A stretch of DNA of 64,000 nucleotides, taken from Malacoraja senta (taxonomy: Eukaryota). The position numbers and the translations under genes were made by a program. Below, piece by piece: positions 1-12,300 of this stretch. The stretch lies in contig CM075992.1 of assembly GCA_038087875.1 (NCBI GenBank), positions 9,860,001 to 9,924,000 of the forward strand. Reading direction: 5' to 3'. Numbering within the stretch: the stretch's first letter is position 1; each line of letters opens with the position of its first letter. The notes under the pieces were generated by a model that had not been told where the DNA came from, ran no database searches, and was given only the letters and a program-made list of their open reading frames with translations.

Positions 1-565
1 CTGCGGAGGCCAAGTCAGTGGATATTTTTAAGGCAGAGGTAGACACATTCTTGATTAGAATGGGTGTCAAGGGTTACAGGGAGAAGTCAGGAAAATGGGA
101 TTAGGAGGCAGAAATCAGCCATGTTTGGATGGTGGAGCAGACTGGATGGGCTGAAAGACCTAATTCTATTCCTATAACTTTTGAAGACCCTTCTTCAGAT
201 TGATTGCAGTAAAGGGGAGAAAGCTGGAAAAGAGATTATGGTGAGACAAAGCCTGGCAAGTGATAGGTGGGAGCTGGCAAGTAGTTGAGTCTGAAGAATG
301 GGGGCAGGATGGTGGGAGAAATGGGTGTGCTCTGGGGTAGGGGAAATGGGAATGGGGGGGTTGGGAAGAGCGGGATGTTACCTGAAATTTGAGAATTCAA
401 TCATCACACCATTGAGCAGTAAGCTACCCATACAGAATATGAGGTGCTGTTCCTCCAATTTGCATGAGGCTTCACTCTCAACATTCTCACTCACAACATT
501 CTCAATGGAGACACAAGGAACTTCAGATGATGGAATCTTGCATAAAACACAAAGTGCTGGAGGAA

Positions 566-1254
566 GTCATGTGTCCACACATATTGAATGGACCACACAT
601 ATTGAAGCAACGACCAAGAAAGCACACCAACGCCTCTATTTCTTTAGAAGGCTTAGGATGTTCGGCATGTCCCCTACAACTCTCACCAACTTCCACAGAT
701 GCACCATAGAAAGCATTTTCTCAGTATGCATCACACCTTGCTTTGGGAACAGCTCCATCCAAGAGCGCAAGAAATTGTAGCAAATTGTGGACGCAGCCCA
801 CACCATCACACAAACCAACTTCCCTTCTATTGACTCCATTTATGCCTCACTCTGCCTCGGCAAGACCATCAGCATAATCTAGGATGTGTTGCACCCTGGA
901 AACTCCCTCTTCTCCCCTCTCTCATCAAGCAAAAGGTACAGAAGCGTGAAAACACACACCTCCAGATTCCGGGACAGTTTGTTCCCAGCTGGTATCAGGC
1001 AACTGAATCATCCTACCAACAACTGCAGAGCAGTCCTGAACTACTATCTACCTCTTTGGTGACCCTCAGACTATCCTTGATCGGACTTTGCTGGCTTTAC
1101 CCTACACCAAACATTATGCCCTTAGAATGTATCTATACACTGTAAATGCCTCGATTTTAATCATGTATTGTCTTTCTGCTGGCTGGTTAGCACGCAACAA
1201 AATCTTTTCACTGTAGGTCGGTACACGTGACAATAAACTAAACTGAAACTGAAA
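566..1254 (+). mobile_element. 5'-truncated Rex1/Babar-clade LINE
   Basis: WTTHIEATTKKAHQRLYFFRRLRMFGMSPTTLTNFHRCTIESI...; 3' end gtgacaataaa followed by ctaaa/ctgaaa repeats. Confidence 0.8.
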
Positions 1255-1736
1255 CACTCTGGAAATGGGGGAGGCCCAGGGCAGAAAGGTCAGTGTGGGA
1301 ATGAGACCATCTACTGGTCTTTACTTTTGCTGCCCAATGTACAGTGGGAGCTGTCAATACACTAGTTGAGGTTGAAAGAGGTGCATGTGAACCTCCACCT
1401 CAGCTGGAAGAGCTGCTGGAGGCAAGGGAGGGGGTGTAGAGACAGGAAATACATCACCTGCAACAGCAAGGGAATATACTTGTGGTGAGGGTTGTGAGGG
1501 GTCATTCCCTCCACAGATGTTGCCTGACCCATGCAGATCTTCAAGCACTTTGTGTTTCATGCATGATTCCAACATCTGCAGTTCCTTGTGTCGCCATTGA
1601 GAGTGCTGTATGTTTCAATGCAGACCCTGATCATTCATATCAACTTTAAGAAGTATAGGCCCTCTGTGCATCATCCATCGACCCTGGATGTTTAAGTGCT
1701 TCAACTCAATGAGATAATTTTCCTAAAACACAGAGC

Positions 1737-2027
1737 CGGCATGGTGGCGCAGCGGTAGAGTTGCTGCCCTACATCATTAGAGACCCGGTTTCGATCCTGA
1801 CTAACGGTGCTGTCTATATGGAGCATGTACGTTCTCCCCGTGACCTGGGTTTTCTCCGGAAGCCCCTGGGTCCTCCCACACTCCAAAGACTTACAGCTTT
1901 GTAGGTTAATTGGCTTGGTATCATTCTAAATTGTCCCTAGTGTAGGATAGTGTTAGTGTGCGGGGATCACTGGTCAATGCAGACCGGTTGGGCCGAAGGA
2001 CTGTATCTCTAAACTGAACTAAACTAA
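1737..2027 (+). mobile_element. tRNA-derived V-SINE (HE1-like)
   Basis: Box A tggcgcagcgg, box B-like gtttcgatcc, V-domain-like ggttttctccgg...ctcccacactccaaagac, CR1-like tail and ctaaa repeats. Confidence 0.85.
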
Positions 2028-2944
2028 GGCTTTGCCCTGATCTTATTATGCAAGATTCCAGCATCTGACGTTTCCATTGGCAATGCTTCAAATTTTAATG
2101 CAATCCTGTATCATTCATATTAACTTTAAGACGTATAGGCCCTCTGTGCTTCATCCCTCCTCCAGGAAGTTTAAGTGCTTCAACTCAGAGATGATTTTGC
2201 TTAAGCACAGGATGAATCCTAAATGGAGATGTTCAGAATAATGAGGGGGTTGGATCAGGAGGAACTGTTCCTCTGACAGGAAGGTTGCAGGCCACCCACA
2301 GATTAAACCAATGAACCAGATGAAATTCCTTCTCCTCATTCCCCAGGCCATCTCCCAGCTAATCATATGATACAAATGTAAGAGCTCATTCGCAAAGGAA
2401 GCAGAGGAAGTCATAGAGTCATAGAGTGATATAGTGTGGAAACAGGCCCTTCGACCCAACATGTCCCAGCTATCCTAGTCCCACCTGCCTGCATTTGGTC
2501 TATAGCCCTCCAAACTTGTCCCTATACCTCCTATCCATGTACCTTTCTAACTGTTTCTTAAACGTTGTGATAGTCCCTGCCTTAACTACCTCATCTGGCA
2601 GCTTGTTTCATACACCCACAACCCTTTGTGTGAAAATGTTACCCCTCAGATTCCTATTAAATCTCTTCCCATTCGCCTTAAAGGAGTTTTGTGTTCTGCA
2701 GTGATCTTGCGATCTGGTTGTGCAATGGAAGTGTGTGGCAAGAGCCCATGGCAGGTACACTGAGCGGGGTGACGTCCTCTATGTTGTACTCTTCCTTTAT
2801 ATAATGGCGGCAGCATGTACAGAACATGGGGTAAAGATCTAGACATGATACGAACCGTCCCCACTGTCTGCAGATGTGGCATCCATGCCAGGTCCCCACT
2901 GGCCTTCCTGGGAGGGTCAACACTGAGCAGAGACTGTTAGTCCT

Positions 2945-3735
2945 ATAGAAGACCTGCAGATGCTGGTTTATACTGAAGATAGACACAAAAAGCTGGAGTA
3001 ACTCAGCGGGTCAGGCAGCATTTCTGGAGAAAAAGGACTAGGTGATGTTTCTGGTCGAGACCCTTCTTCAGACTGCGAGTCAGGGGAGAGGGGAACGAGA
3101 GATATAGATGGTGCTTAAGACAAAGGAATGGAAGATATGCAGAAAGCAATGATGATCAAGGTAATGTGGAGCCCACAATGGTCCATTGTTGCCCGTGGGA
3201 TAGGTGATAATGTGTTGGACAAACAGTGGAACTCAACAAGATGACAGTGAAATTGGTATGACGACTAGAGTGGGGGTGGGATGGAGAGAGAGGGGATGCA
3301 AGTGTTACTTGAAGTTAGAGGTTGATATTCATACCGCTGGGGTGTAAGCTGCCAAGCGAAATATGAGGTGCTGTTCCTCCAATTTGTGTTGGGCCTCACA
3401 CTGACAGTGGAGGGAGGCCAGGATAGAAAGGTCAGTGTGGGAATGGGAGGGGGAGTTAAAGTGTTTAGCAACGGGAGACCAGGCGGACTGAGCGGAGGTG
3501 TTCAGTGAAAGAATTGCCCCGTCTACGTTTGGTCTCGCCGATGTCTCAGAGTCCACACCTTGAACAATGGACACAGTAGATGAGGTTGGAGGAGATGCAA
3601 GTGGACCTCTGTCTAACCTGAAGGGACTGTTGAGGTCCCTGGACAGATTCAAGGGAGGAGGTATAGGGACAAGTGTTGCATCTCCTGCAGTTGCAGGGGA
3701 AGGTACCTGGGGAGCGGGAGGTTTGGGTGGGATCA
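2945..3735 (-). mobile_element. Penelope-like element fragment (GIY-YIG endonuclease end plus terminal repeat)
   Basis: TFPCNCRRCNTCPY...SNLIYCVHCSRCGL and VAKHFNSPSHSHTDLSILASLHCQ...KLEEQHLIFRLAAYTP; terminal CTGAAGA...GAAAC-type motif near 3045-3072. Confidence 0.85.
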
Positions 3736-4559
3736 GCCATGTAAGTACAGCGCAGTGTCTGGGAGTCCTGTGGTGAGCGACTCACCTCCTGGCACTACCA
3801 TCTGTAACACACTCGTCAGGAGTTTTTAGTGAATACTCCCACAGTTCGATGAGTGCAACTCCAGTATCTCTCTAGGCAACTCGGCGCCAACCTGGGTAAA
3901 AGCCCCTCTTATGCACCACACTGAAGGGCAGCATCGTGATGCAGCGTTAGAGTTGCTGCATCAGAGCATCAGTCTATGGTTCCATAGTCAGGTTTCATCC
4001 TGTCTATGGGTGCTGTCTGTATAGAGTTTGTACGTTCTCCCCGTGACCTGAAGAAGTCTGAAGAAGGATCTCCACCCGAAACGTCACCCATCCCCTCTCT
4101 GCAGAGATGCTGCCTGACCTGCTGAGTTACTCCAGCATTTTGTGTCTCCCTCCCTGTGACCTCCCTCCCTCACTGTGTGAGTTCCGGTTTCCTTCCGCAC
4201 TCCACAGATGTACAAGATTGTAAGTTAATTGGCTTAGGTGAAAATTGTAAATTGTCTCTACTGTGTGTAGGATAGTGTTAGTTTTGGGGTGGGAGATTGC
4301 AACCTTCACGTGGTCCACCCTGTTTCAACGAATGCAATCAACCTGGCGTGCACAAACAGAAGTTCAAACAGAACAAGTTGTCTTACAACTTTAGGCTGTG
4401 CACGCCATACGCAAGAAGGACGGGGATCGCTGGTCAGTGTGGACTTGGTGGGCCAAACGGCTTGTTTCCATCCAGTATTTCTAAAAATTAAAAACAAAAA
4501 AAAATACACCTTCTGTGCAGGGTGCACTATCTCAATGGTTCAATGGTTCAATCAATGGT

Positions 4560-4692
<133 letters not shown>

Positions 4693-5222
4693 ACATAACT
4701 AAAACTCTGATCTTGTGCTTTTCCTGTCTGCACGTTTTGTCTATTTGTTCAAAAACAGTACGCGATAGCACTACGATTTTTCACCAGCTCACTCACCGTT
4801 CTCCTGTGCTGCGAGTGCAACAAGTATCATCCCGATCGGTGGTATATTGTAAAAGTTAGCAAGGTTTGAAAATCTTTCAAACCGCGCGTGTGCAGATCGA
4901 TCTCCTCTCCTGCCAGTCAGCGCAGCGCGGATTGGTCTCTTCTCCTGTCACTCCCCGGGACGGTCCACCCCTTCCTGTGCCATTGCATCTTTACTGGAGC
5001 TGAGGGATGTTGTGGATGGCCGGCAGAGGTCTCCAGCCGGACACAATTTTCGGAGGGACTGGGACCGGGAATGGGACAGGAAGCGGCGCAGCGCGGACTC
5101 TGAGATGTCGCCGATGTCGCCAAATGGAAAGCGGAGACTCTGATCCTGGCGGAGGAGAATGACCAGTGACCAGCACCCGTTGAGAGTCCCCATCGCACCG
5201 CCAGCTCCAGCCCATTCCCCTC

Positions 5223-6015
5223 TGTAGGATAATGATCACTCACTCAAAGTGATTAGAATCCATAGTCTTTTATTAGCAACTCTACAGAGGTAACTCAAAG
5301 AGCTTTTATCTCAGCATGCATACTACTAGTCTAATAAGCCTGTAGGCGGAGCCACAGTATGAATGACACTAATCTACACCCTCCCTCTTAAAGAATTAAA
5401 TACAAATAAAAAACTACCAAGATTAAATACAAATGTATACTGCTGACCATATAAAGCATACATAGTATGTGGCAATAAACTGGAGGAAGTTCAAACATAG
5501 CCCGGGTAATTTACGGTGGGCTTACAAACATGACCAGCATAGTGCATCTGCCACCGGAGACACAATTGGTGGTGAAATAGGTGTCGGGGATTGAAACGGC
5601 ATTCCCGGTGACAAAACAGGAGATTTTGGCACAGGTGGAGGTGGCGTAGCCATCGGCAAAGTAACCGTATGAGAAACAGGTTGTCGTGCTGGTGCAGGCG
5701 GGCTGATGCCGCTGGATGTGGAAGGAAGTACACTTGTGCAGTCAGGATAGTACGGAGGTGGTGCTGGCTCATTCACAGGCAGGATATGTTGCCTGTTATG
5801 TCTGTAATAGGCAACATATTACAGATAAGGATGAAATACGGATTTTTGCATAAATCCTAAGGACACAGCCATTAAGTGACCACACTACCCCACTCCTGAC
5901 ACCATGTTGGATAATGATCAGACTCACACAAAGTGATTAGAATCGATACTTTTATTAGCAACTCTGCAGAGGTAGCTCAAAGAGCTTTCATCTCAGCATG
6001 CATACTACTAGTCTA

Positions 6016-6099
<84 letters not shown>

Positions 6100-6145
6100 C
6101 TCTAATAAGCCTGTGGGCGGAGCCACAGTATGAGTGACACTAATC
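5223..6145 (-). mobile_element. Miniature (TRIM-like, internally deleted) Gypsy-type LTR retrotransposon
   Basis: Direct repeats 5223-5378 (TGTAG...CTACA) and 5905-6145 (interrupted by (GA)n, outer end truncated). Minus-strand PBS TGGTGTCAGGAGTGGG (5904-5889), complementary to the tRNA-Leu(CAG) 3' end including CCA. PPT AAGAGGGAGGG (5389-5379). Pro-rich remnant ending GHVCKPTVNYPGYV resembles a Gypsy pol C-terminus. Confidence 0.85.
6018..6097. repeat. (GA)n microsatellite
   Basis: Direct reading. Confidence 0.98.
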
Positions 6146-6723
6146 CTGAAGCCTCTGGTCCCCCTCGCAGGCTCCTGCCCCCCCCTCGTGATACCCCCCT
6201 CTCCGCCCACAACCCCCCCCCCGCCTACACTCCCCTCCCCCCACAACACCCCCCTTCACCCACACCCCCCCTCCAACCACAACCCTGCCCCACACACCCC
6301 TCTCCCCACAACCCTCCCCCGCTCCACAACCCCCCGGCCCCCACACACCTCCCCCCCACAAGCCCCCTGCCCCTACACCCATCCCCCCACAACCCACCCA
6401 CCCCCACACACCCCTCACCCCCCCACAACCCCCCGCCTACACACCCATCCCCCCCCCCGCCCACACAGCGGGGCAGCTGATGGTCTGGGTTGCATGCAGC
6501 CCCAGGGTGCCTGCTCTGACAACAGTTCCTGCTGCTTGGACGATTATCCCATTTCCCATTTTAAAATTACATGACATTTAATTACAGATTTAACCCCGTC
6601 GTCTGGGACAACTTGTTTGTATAAACCACTGAATATAGTTCAGTGTTGTTATGCCGTCTGAGTTAGACTTTTTTTTTTAATTTCCTTTTAAACCTTCCAC
6701 TGCCAATTATTTGTTGCTTACAC

Positions 6724-7072
6724 TCCAATGGTATGAATATTGACCTCTAACTTTGTAACCCTTGCTTTCTTTCTCTCTCCATCCCTCCCCTTCCCAGTTC
6801 TCCGACCAGTCTGACAAATTCTCCCTAATTATATTTTATCTGTTTGCTTTGTTGTCTCCTTCTCCTCGACAACAATGATCTATTCTATATTTTCCGTGAG
6901 CCTCATCTCTTTTGATGTCTCATTTTGACACCGTCCATTTCTTTATCAGTCTGTCTCCCTCTCCACTGACTTTCAGTCTGAAGAAGGGTCTTGACCCGAA
7001 ACGTCACCCATTCCTACTATCCTGAGATGCTGCCTGTCCCGCTGAGTTACTCCAGCATTTTGTGTCTATCTA
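6724..7072 (+). mobile_element. Penelope-like terminal (pLTR) fragment
   Basis: Colinear with 35605-35943 from ggtatgaatattgac to ttttgtgtctatc. Confidence 0.75.
6976..7007 (+). ncRNA. Minimal hammerhead-ribozyme-like motif (representative of ~35 copies)
   Basis: gt-CTGAAGA-a-GGGT-cttg-ACCC-GAAA-cGTC-ac: hammerhead boxes CUGANGA and GAAA, a 4-bp stem II, a palindromic ACGT stem III and a GUC triplet; only 2 bp of stem I. Confidence 0.55.
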
Positions 7073-7163
7073 TTTGTTGATGTTGTTGGGAACAAACGTA
7101 GAATTTATAGCCCGTAATATGACCTTACGGTGTGTTTGTCTGGATTCTCTGCTTTCATTAATG

Positions 7164-7389
7164 GTTAGGAAGGAATTGCAGATGCTGGTTTACACTGAAG
7201 ATAGCTACAAAATGCTGGAGCAACTCAGCGGGACAGGCAGCATCTCTGGAGAAAAGGAACAGGTGACGTTTCGGGTCGTGACTCTTCTCCAGACTGAAGA
7301 AAGGTATCGACCCAATACATCACCCATGCCTTGTATCCAGAGATGCTTCCTGTCCCGCTGAGTTACTCCAGCATTTTGTGTCTATCTTT
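7164..7389. mobile_element. Short fold-back Penelope-terminal element
   Basis: Inverted arms meeting at ~7290; ttaatggtt present on both flanks. Confidence 0.75.
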
Positions 7390-8296
7390 AATTTAATGGT
7401 TGTTCACCAGTTTAAGTGAACGGCTGTGACTATGAATGATTACAGGTTTGTGCCTGACAGTGATATCACCCTGTCTTCAAGGCTTTTATTTCCACTCACA
7501 TTATCTGGGACTTTGCCTAAATGACTCCTCTCAACACTGTACCTATTAACCTCGAACCTCTCCACTTAATTTATCATCTTAACATCTGGAATTGTTCATG
7601 TTGTTTCTGCTGAAGGCAATAATTCCATGCACGTTAACTGGAGTCATAGAGATAGAGAGCCATAAAGTGCGGAAGCAGGCCCTTTGGCCCACCTTGTCCA
7701 TGCTGACCAAGTTGGTATATTAAGCCAGTCCCATTTGTATGCATTTGGGCCCATAGTCCTCTAAACCCTTCCTGTAAACATATCTGCCCAAATACCATTT
7801 AAACATTGTAATTATATTTGCTTCTATAACTTTCTCTGACAGCTCATTCCAGATATGAACCACCTCCTGAGTGAAAAAAGTTGCTCCTGAGTTGCCCCTT
7901 AAATCTCTCTCTTCTCACCTTATGCTCTTGCCCTCTTGTTTTAGAATCCTCGATCCTGGGAAAAAGACTTGAAAATTAGCTTGGGTAGCTTGCAACCCAA
8001 GTTATGAATTCAATCTCTCTCACTTCAAGTAACCCTTGCATCCCCTCTCTCTCCATTCCATCCCCACCCTAGTCATCATACTAGATTCATTGTCGTCCGG
8101 CTTAGTTTCACTCATTATCACCTTCTCCACAGCTAACAAAGGACCATTGTGGGCTCCACCTTTCCTTGATTATCATTGCTAGATTTGATTTGTCCTTTTG
8201 CATACCTTTCATTCATTTGTTCTTTGTACCTCTTCGTATCTCTCATTTCCCTCTCCCCTGACTCTCTGTCTGAAGAAGGGTTCCGACTGGAAATAT

Positions 8297-8637
8297 TTAC
8301 AATGATGTTGCCAGGACTAGAGGGTTTGAGCTATAGGTTGAGTTTGAGTAGGCCGGGACTCTATTCCTTGCAGCGCAGGAGAATGAGGGGTGATCTTATG
8401 GAGTTGTATAAGATCATTAGAGGAATAGATCGGGTAGATGCACAGAGTCTCTTGCCCAGAGGAGGTGAATCGCGGACCAGAGGACATAGGTTTAAGGTGA
8501 AGGGGAAAAGATTTAATAGGAATTTGAGGGCTAACATTTTCACACAAAGGGTGGTGGATGTATGGAACAAACTGCCAGAGGAGGTAGTTGAGGCTGGGAC
8601 TATCCCAACGTCTAAGAAACAGTTAGACAGGTACATG
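8297..8637 (+). mobile_element. CR1 3' fragment, second subfamily (related copies at ~2410-2680 -, 13682-13970 +, 61340-61637 -)
   Basis: MLPGLEGLSY...RRMRGDLMELYKI...RTRGHRFKVKG...FTQRVVDVWNKLPEEVVEA. Confidence 0.85.
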
Positions 8638-9124
8638 GTGTTGGGATTGTCCCAACCTCAACTACCTCCTCTGGCAGCTTTGTCCATACATCCACCACCT
8701 GTTGTGTGAAAAAGTTACCCCTCAGATTCCTATTAAATCTTTTCCCCTTCACCATTAAGGACAGGTTGGAGAGATATGGACAAAAAGCTGGCAGGTGGGA
8801 CTAGTGTAGCTCGGACATGTTGGTTGGTGTGGGCAGGTTGGGCTGAAGGGCCTGTTTCCATGCTGTGTCACTCTATGACTGTATGACTCTAAAATGTCAC
8901 CCAATCCTTCTCTCCAGGGAAGGGTCTTGACCCAAAACATCAACCTATTCCTTTTCTCCAGAGATGCCACTTGACCCCTTGAGTTACTCCAGCATTTTGT
9001 GTCTACCTTCTACAAAATCAATACCATACTCTCTGGGTTCAAAGTAACTTTGTTCAAATGATCTGATCATTTGAATTGTTTTTGGAAGTAAGTTCCCATT
9101 TCTATTATCTTAATTATAAACCTT

Positions 9125-9390
9125 GCTTTATAAAATGCCACATCGTGTCCCAAACCACTTGACTGCCAATGATATATTTCTGTAGACATGCCTTGGTAAA
9201 GCAGGAAATGTGCCAGACCATTTGAGAACAGCAAGATCCAACAAACAGCAACATAACAAAGTGATTTTCAGTAAACATTGGTTGGGCAACAAATATTCAC
9301 TGGAAACCAAAATAACTCTCTTTGTCTTATTTGAATGAATGCCACGGCATGTTTCATATCTCGCAGACAGACCGCGTTCCATCTAAATTC
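9125..9390 (-). mobile_element. Ancient Deu-domain SINE remnant (SacSINE1/AmnSINE-like)
   Basis: gtcccaaaccactt...gccaatga...cagcaagatccaacaaacagcaa...aaatatt...tgccacgg resembles the Deu-SINE consensus as I recall it; a similar plus-strand remnant lies at ~62465-62610. Confidence 0.5.
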
Positions 9391-12300
9391 ACACTTTGAT
9401 CTATAACTGTAATAAGTGACTGTCAGACTGTCAATAGTCTGTCCCCGTGTATAGGAAGGATATGCAGACGCTGGTTTACACCGAAGTTGGACACAAAATG
9501 CTGGAGTAGCTCAGCAGGCCAGGCAGCATCTCTGGATAGAAGGATTGGTTGTCGTTTCGGGTCGAGACCATTCCTCGGTCTTCCTCAGAAAGGTTCTCAA
9601 TCCGAAACGTCACCCATTCCTTCTCTCCAGAGATGCTACCTGTCTCACTGAATTACTCCAGCATTATCTACAATCGTCTGACCCTGTTTGGTGTGGATGG
9701 TGACATTCTCAATCTGTCAGTAACTCGTTCTCACCTAGCCAACATCTAACAATGGCATATTTCCTTTGCAAATCTTTCGTTCATTTGTTTTATATCTCTC
9801 TCTATCACCGCCTATATCTCTCGGCGGTGGGAGGCTTGGTGGCGGTGGGGCCTCATGGTCGATGAGCTTGAGAGGGGAGGGGAAGACAATGGGGAGGGGG
9901 GGCTCTAGTTTAGAATACTCTGCACAGGAGATAAGTTTGTGTTCGTTTGTTTGTTTGTTCATGTGTTCCGGTGAAGGCGCTGTGCACACGGCAGCCAGAC
10001 AACAGACGCTTGGCTTTTTCTTTTTGTTTTCACTTTAAGTTTCAAGATTTTGTGTACCTTGTGTGTTACATAACTGTCGGTAGACCAATTTCCCTCCGGG
10101 GATGAATAAAGTTTTTATCGTATCGCAACAGATCATATACTCTCGTTTCCCTCTCCCCGGACTCTGTCTGAAGGAGGGCAAGTATGTAGGGTAAAATTAT
10201 GTAATATGTGTGAACACTATGTAACAACTAATTGAATGTGCGTGTAGCCTTCGAGAATGTCGGAAGATTTTTTTGCACAGTTCCAGTTCGTACATTTTTT
10301 TTACTTGAATGAAGTTTATTTTGATTTGTTTTTAATCCAGAACAACAAAGAGCGGGTTGTGTATGGGAACACTAGGGTGGCACAGTGACACAGTTGGAGA
10401 GCTGCTGCCTCACAACACCAGAGACCCAGGTTTGATCTTGACCTCGGGGGCTGTCTGTGTGGAGTTTGCACTTTCTCCCTGTAAACGCGTGGGTTTCCTC
10501 TGGGTGTTCCGGTTTCCTCCCACATCCCAAAGACGTGCAGGTTTGTAGGTTGATTTGCTTTCTTTCTACATTGCCCCTGGTGTGTTGGCAATGTGGGATA
10601 ACTTAGAAGATAGGCACAAAAAGCTGGAGTAACTCGGCGGGTCAGGCAGAGAAGGAATAGGTGACGTTTCGGGTTGAGACCCATCTTCAGACATAGAACG
10701 AGTGTGAACGGATGTTTACTAATCGGTGTGGACTCGGTGGACTGAAGGGCCTGTTACCATGCTGTGTCTTTGAACTATGCTAAACCATCACCTTCAGATG
10801 CCCACCATCCTAAATCATCATTGCATCGTGAAGATCAATATACCATTGGTTTTTGTGTAGGAAGGAACTGCAGATGCTGGTTTAAACCGAAGATAGACGC
10901 AAAAAGCTGGAGTAACTCCAGAGATGCTGTGTGTCCCGCTGAGTTACTCCAGCTGTGTCTATCTTCATTTGTCTATCACACATTTGACCTTTCATTGTTA
11001 CCAACTAGATCCTGGGACCCCCTTCCCAATGGCACCAAGCGACATACTGCACCGGTAGGACATTAGTGGTTCAAGAAGGCAGCTCATCCCCACCTTCTCA
11101 AGGGCCATTTAGGATGGGTAATAAATACTGAAGATAGACAAAAAAATACTGGAGTAACTCAGCGGGACAGGCAGCATTTCTGGCTCGAAGGAATGGGTAA
11201 CGTTTCGGGTCGAGACCCTTCTTCAGAGTAAACACTGGCCTGACCCACAACACCTCAAAGCCAAACGAATACAATGAAGGAAAAAAGTAGCCTCCTGCTG
11301 TTTTTTGTTTATGCCACGTTAATAAGCACCGATTTGGATAATATTTTAAAAAGGGAAGGCTGATTGCTGGGAATTAGAAGTAACACTGAGGATCCGGTAA
11401 CATCTGCTACATCTTTCGCTCCCAGACTTGAACCTGCTTCTACATTTTCAGCCTGTTGACTGGCAGAAGCTTTTCAGACAGCTTGTAAAATGACCTCAGT
11501 TTCAACTCCATATTAGCAATAAAAATGTGAAAACTGGGAAAGGAGCAGGTGATATAATTTACGATATGAAAACAGTACGGTGACTCGACTCATATTTTAT
11601 TTCCCTACTATTTCTAACGTACTTTATTAGCTGTAACGCCATTCGGGACGTCCTGAGTGTGATTTTTTTTAAACTCATAGATAATATTCATATTGAATGG
11701 TGATAGCAAGGACTATAAGTTTCATTTATAATAAAGATTCTTATCAAACTTGGATGGTTATCAATTATGAGCATTAGCCTTTTAAGGATTAATATTTCTA
11801 TAAAAGTTAAATGTAAATAAATGGTGATTATGATGTACCTAGTTTGTAAAAGAACTGAATGTACAGTGGCAGCCAGCTGTATATTCATGTGATAGAATAT
11901 TACGGTTATTCATTTATTGCATTCTTGATTATTATATATATATATCTGTTTCTTATTGTATTTCCAAGCCTGTAAGCAAGTAGGGATGTCATTGTTCCCT
12001 TGTCAGTACATGTTACAATTAAACAATCCTGTCGCTTGATATATAGTCTTTAGAGATGCAGTTCAGTAACAGGCCCTTCGGCCCACCTAGTCCATGCCAT
12101 CACCCCTAGACCAGCTATCACCCCTACACTAGCACTGTCCTACACACTAGGGACAATTTCCAATTTTACCGAAGCCACTGACCCAATAAACCTGTACGTC
12201 TTTGGAGTGTGGGAGGAAACCCGGGCACCCGGAGAAAACCCACGCGGTCGCGGGGAGAACGTACAAACTCCATACAGACAGCACCCATAGTCAGGTTCAA

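Noticed and set aside
2692..2826. Possible solo LTR (TGTTCTG...CAGAACA, with TATATAAA on the minus strand)
   Set aside because: No target-site duplication and no second copy, PBS or PPT; cannot be supported.
3769..3920. Possible solo LTR (TGTGGTG...CACCACA)
   Set aside because: Seven-bp inverted ends only; the flanks show no duplication.
5889..5904. tRNA-Leu gene fragment; also the tRNA-like heads of SINEs
   Set aside because: Only the 3' 16 nt with CCA, next to an LTR, so it is a PBS. SINE heads continue into V-domain bodies and do not form complete tRNAs.
6130..6574. Pro-rich extensin-like ORFs
   Set aside because: Translation of a C-rich low-complexity tract that is open in several frames.
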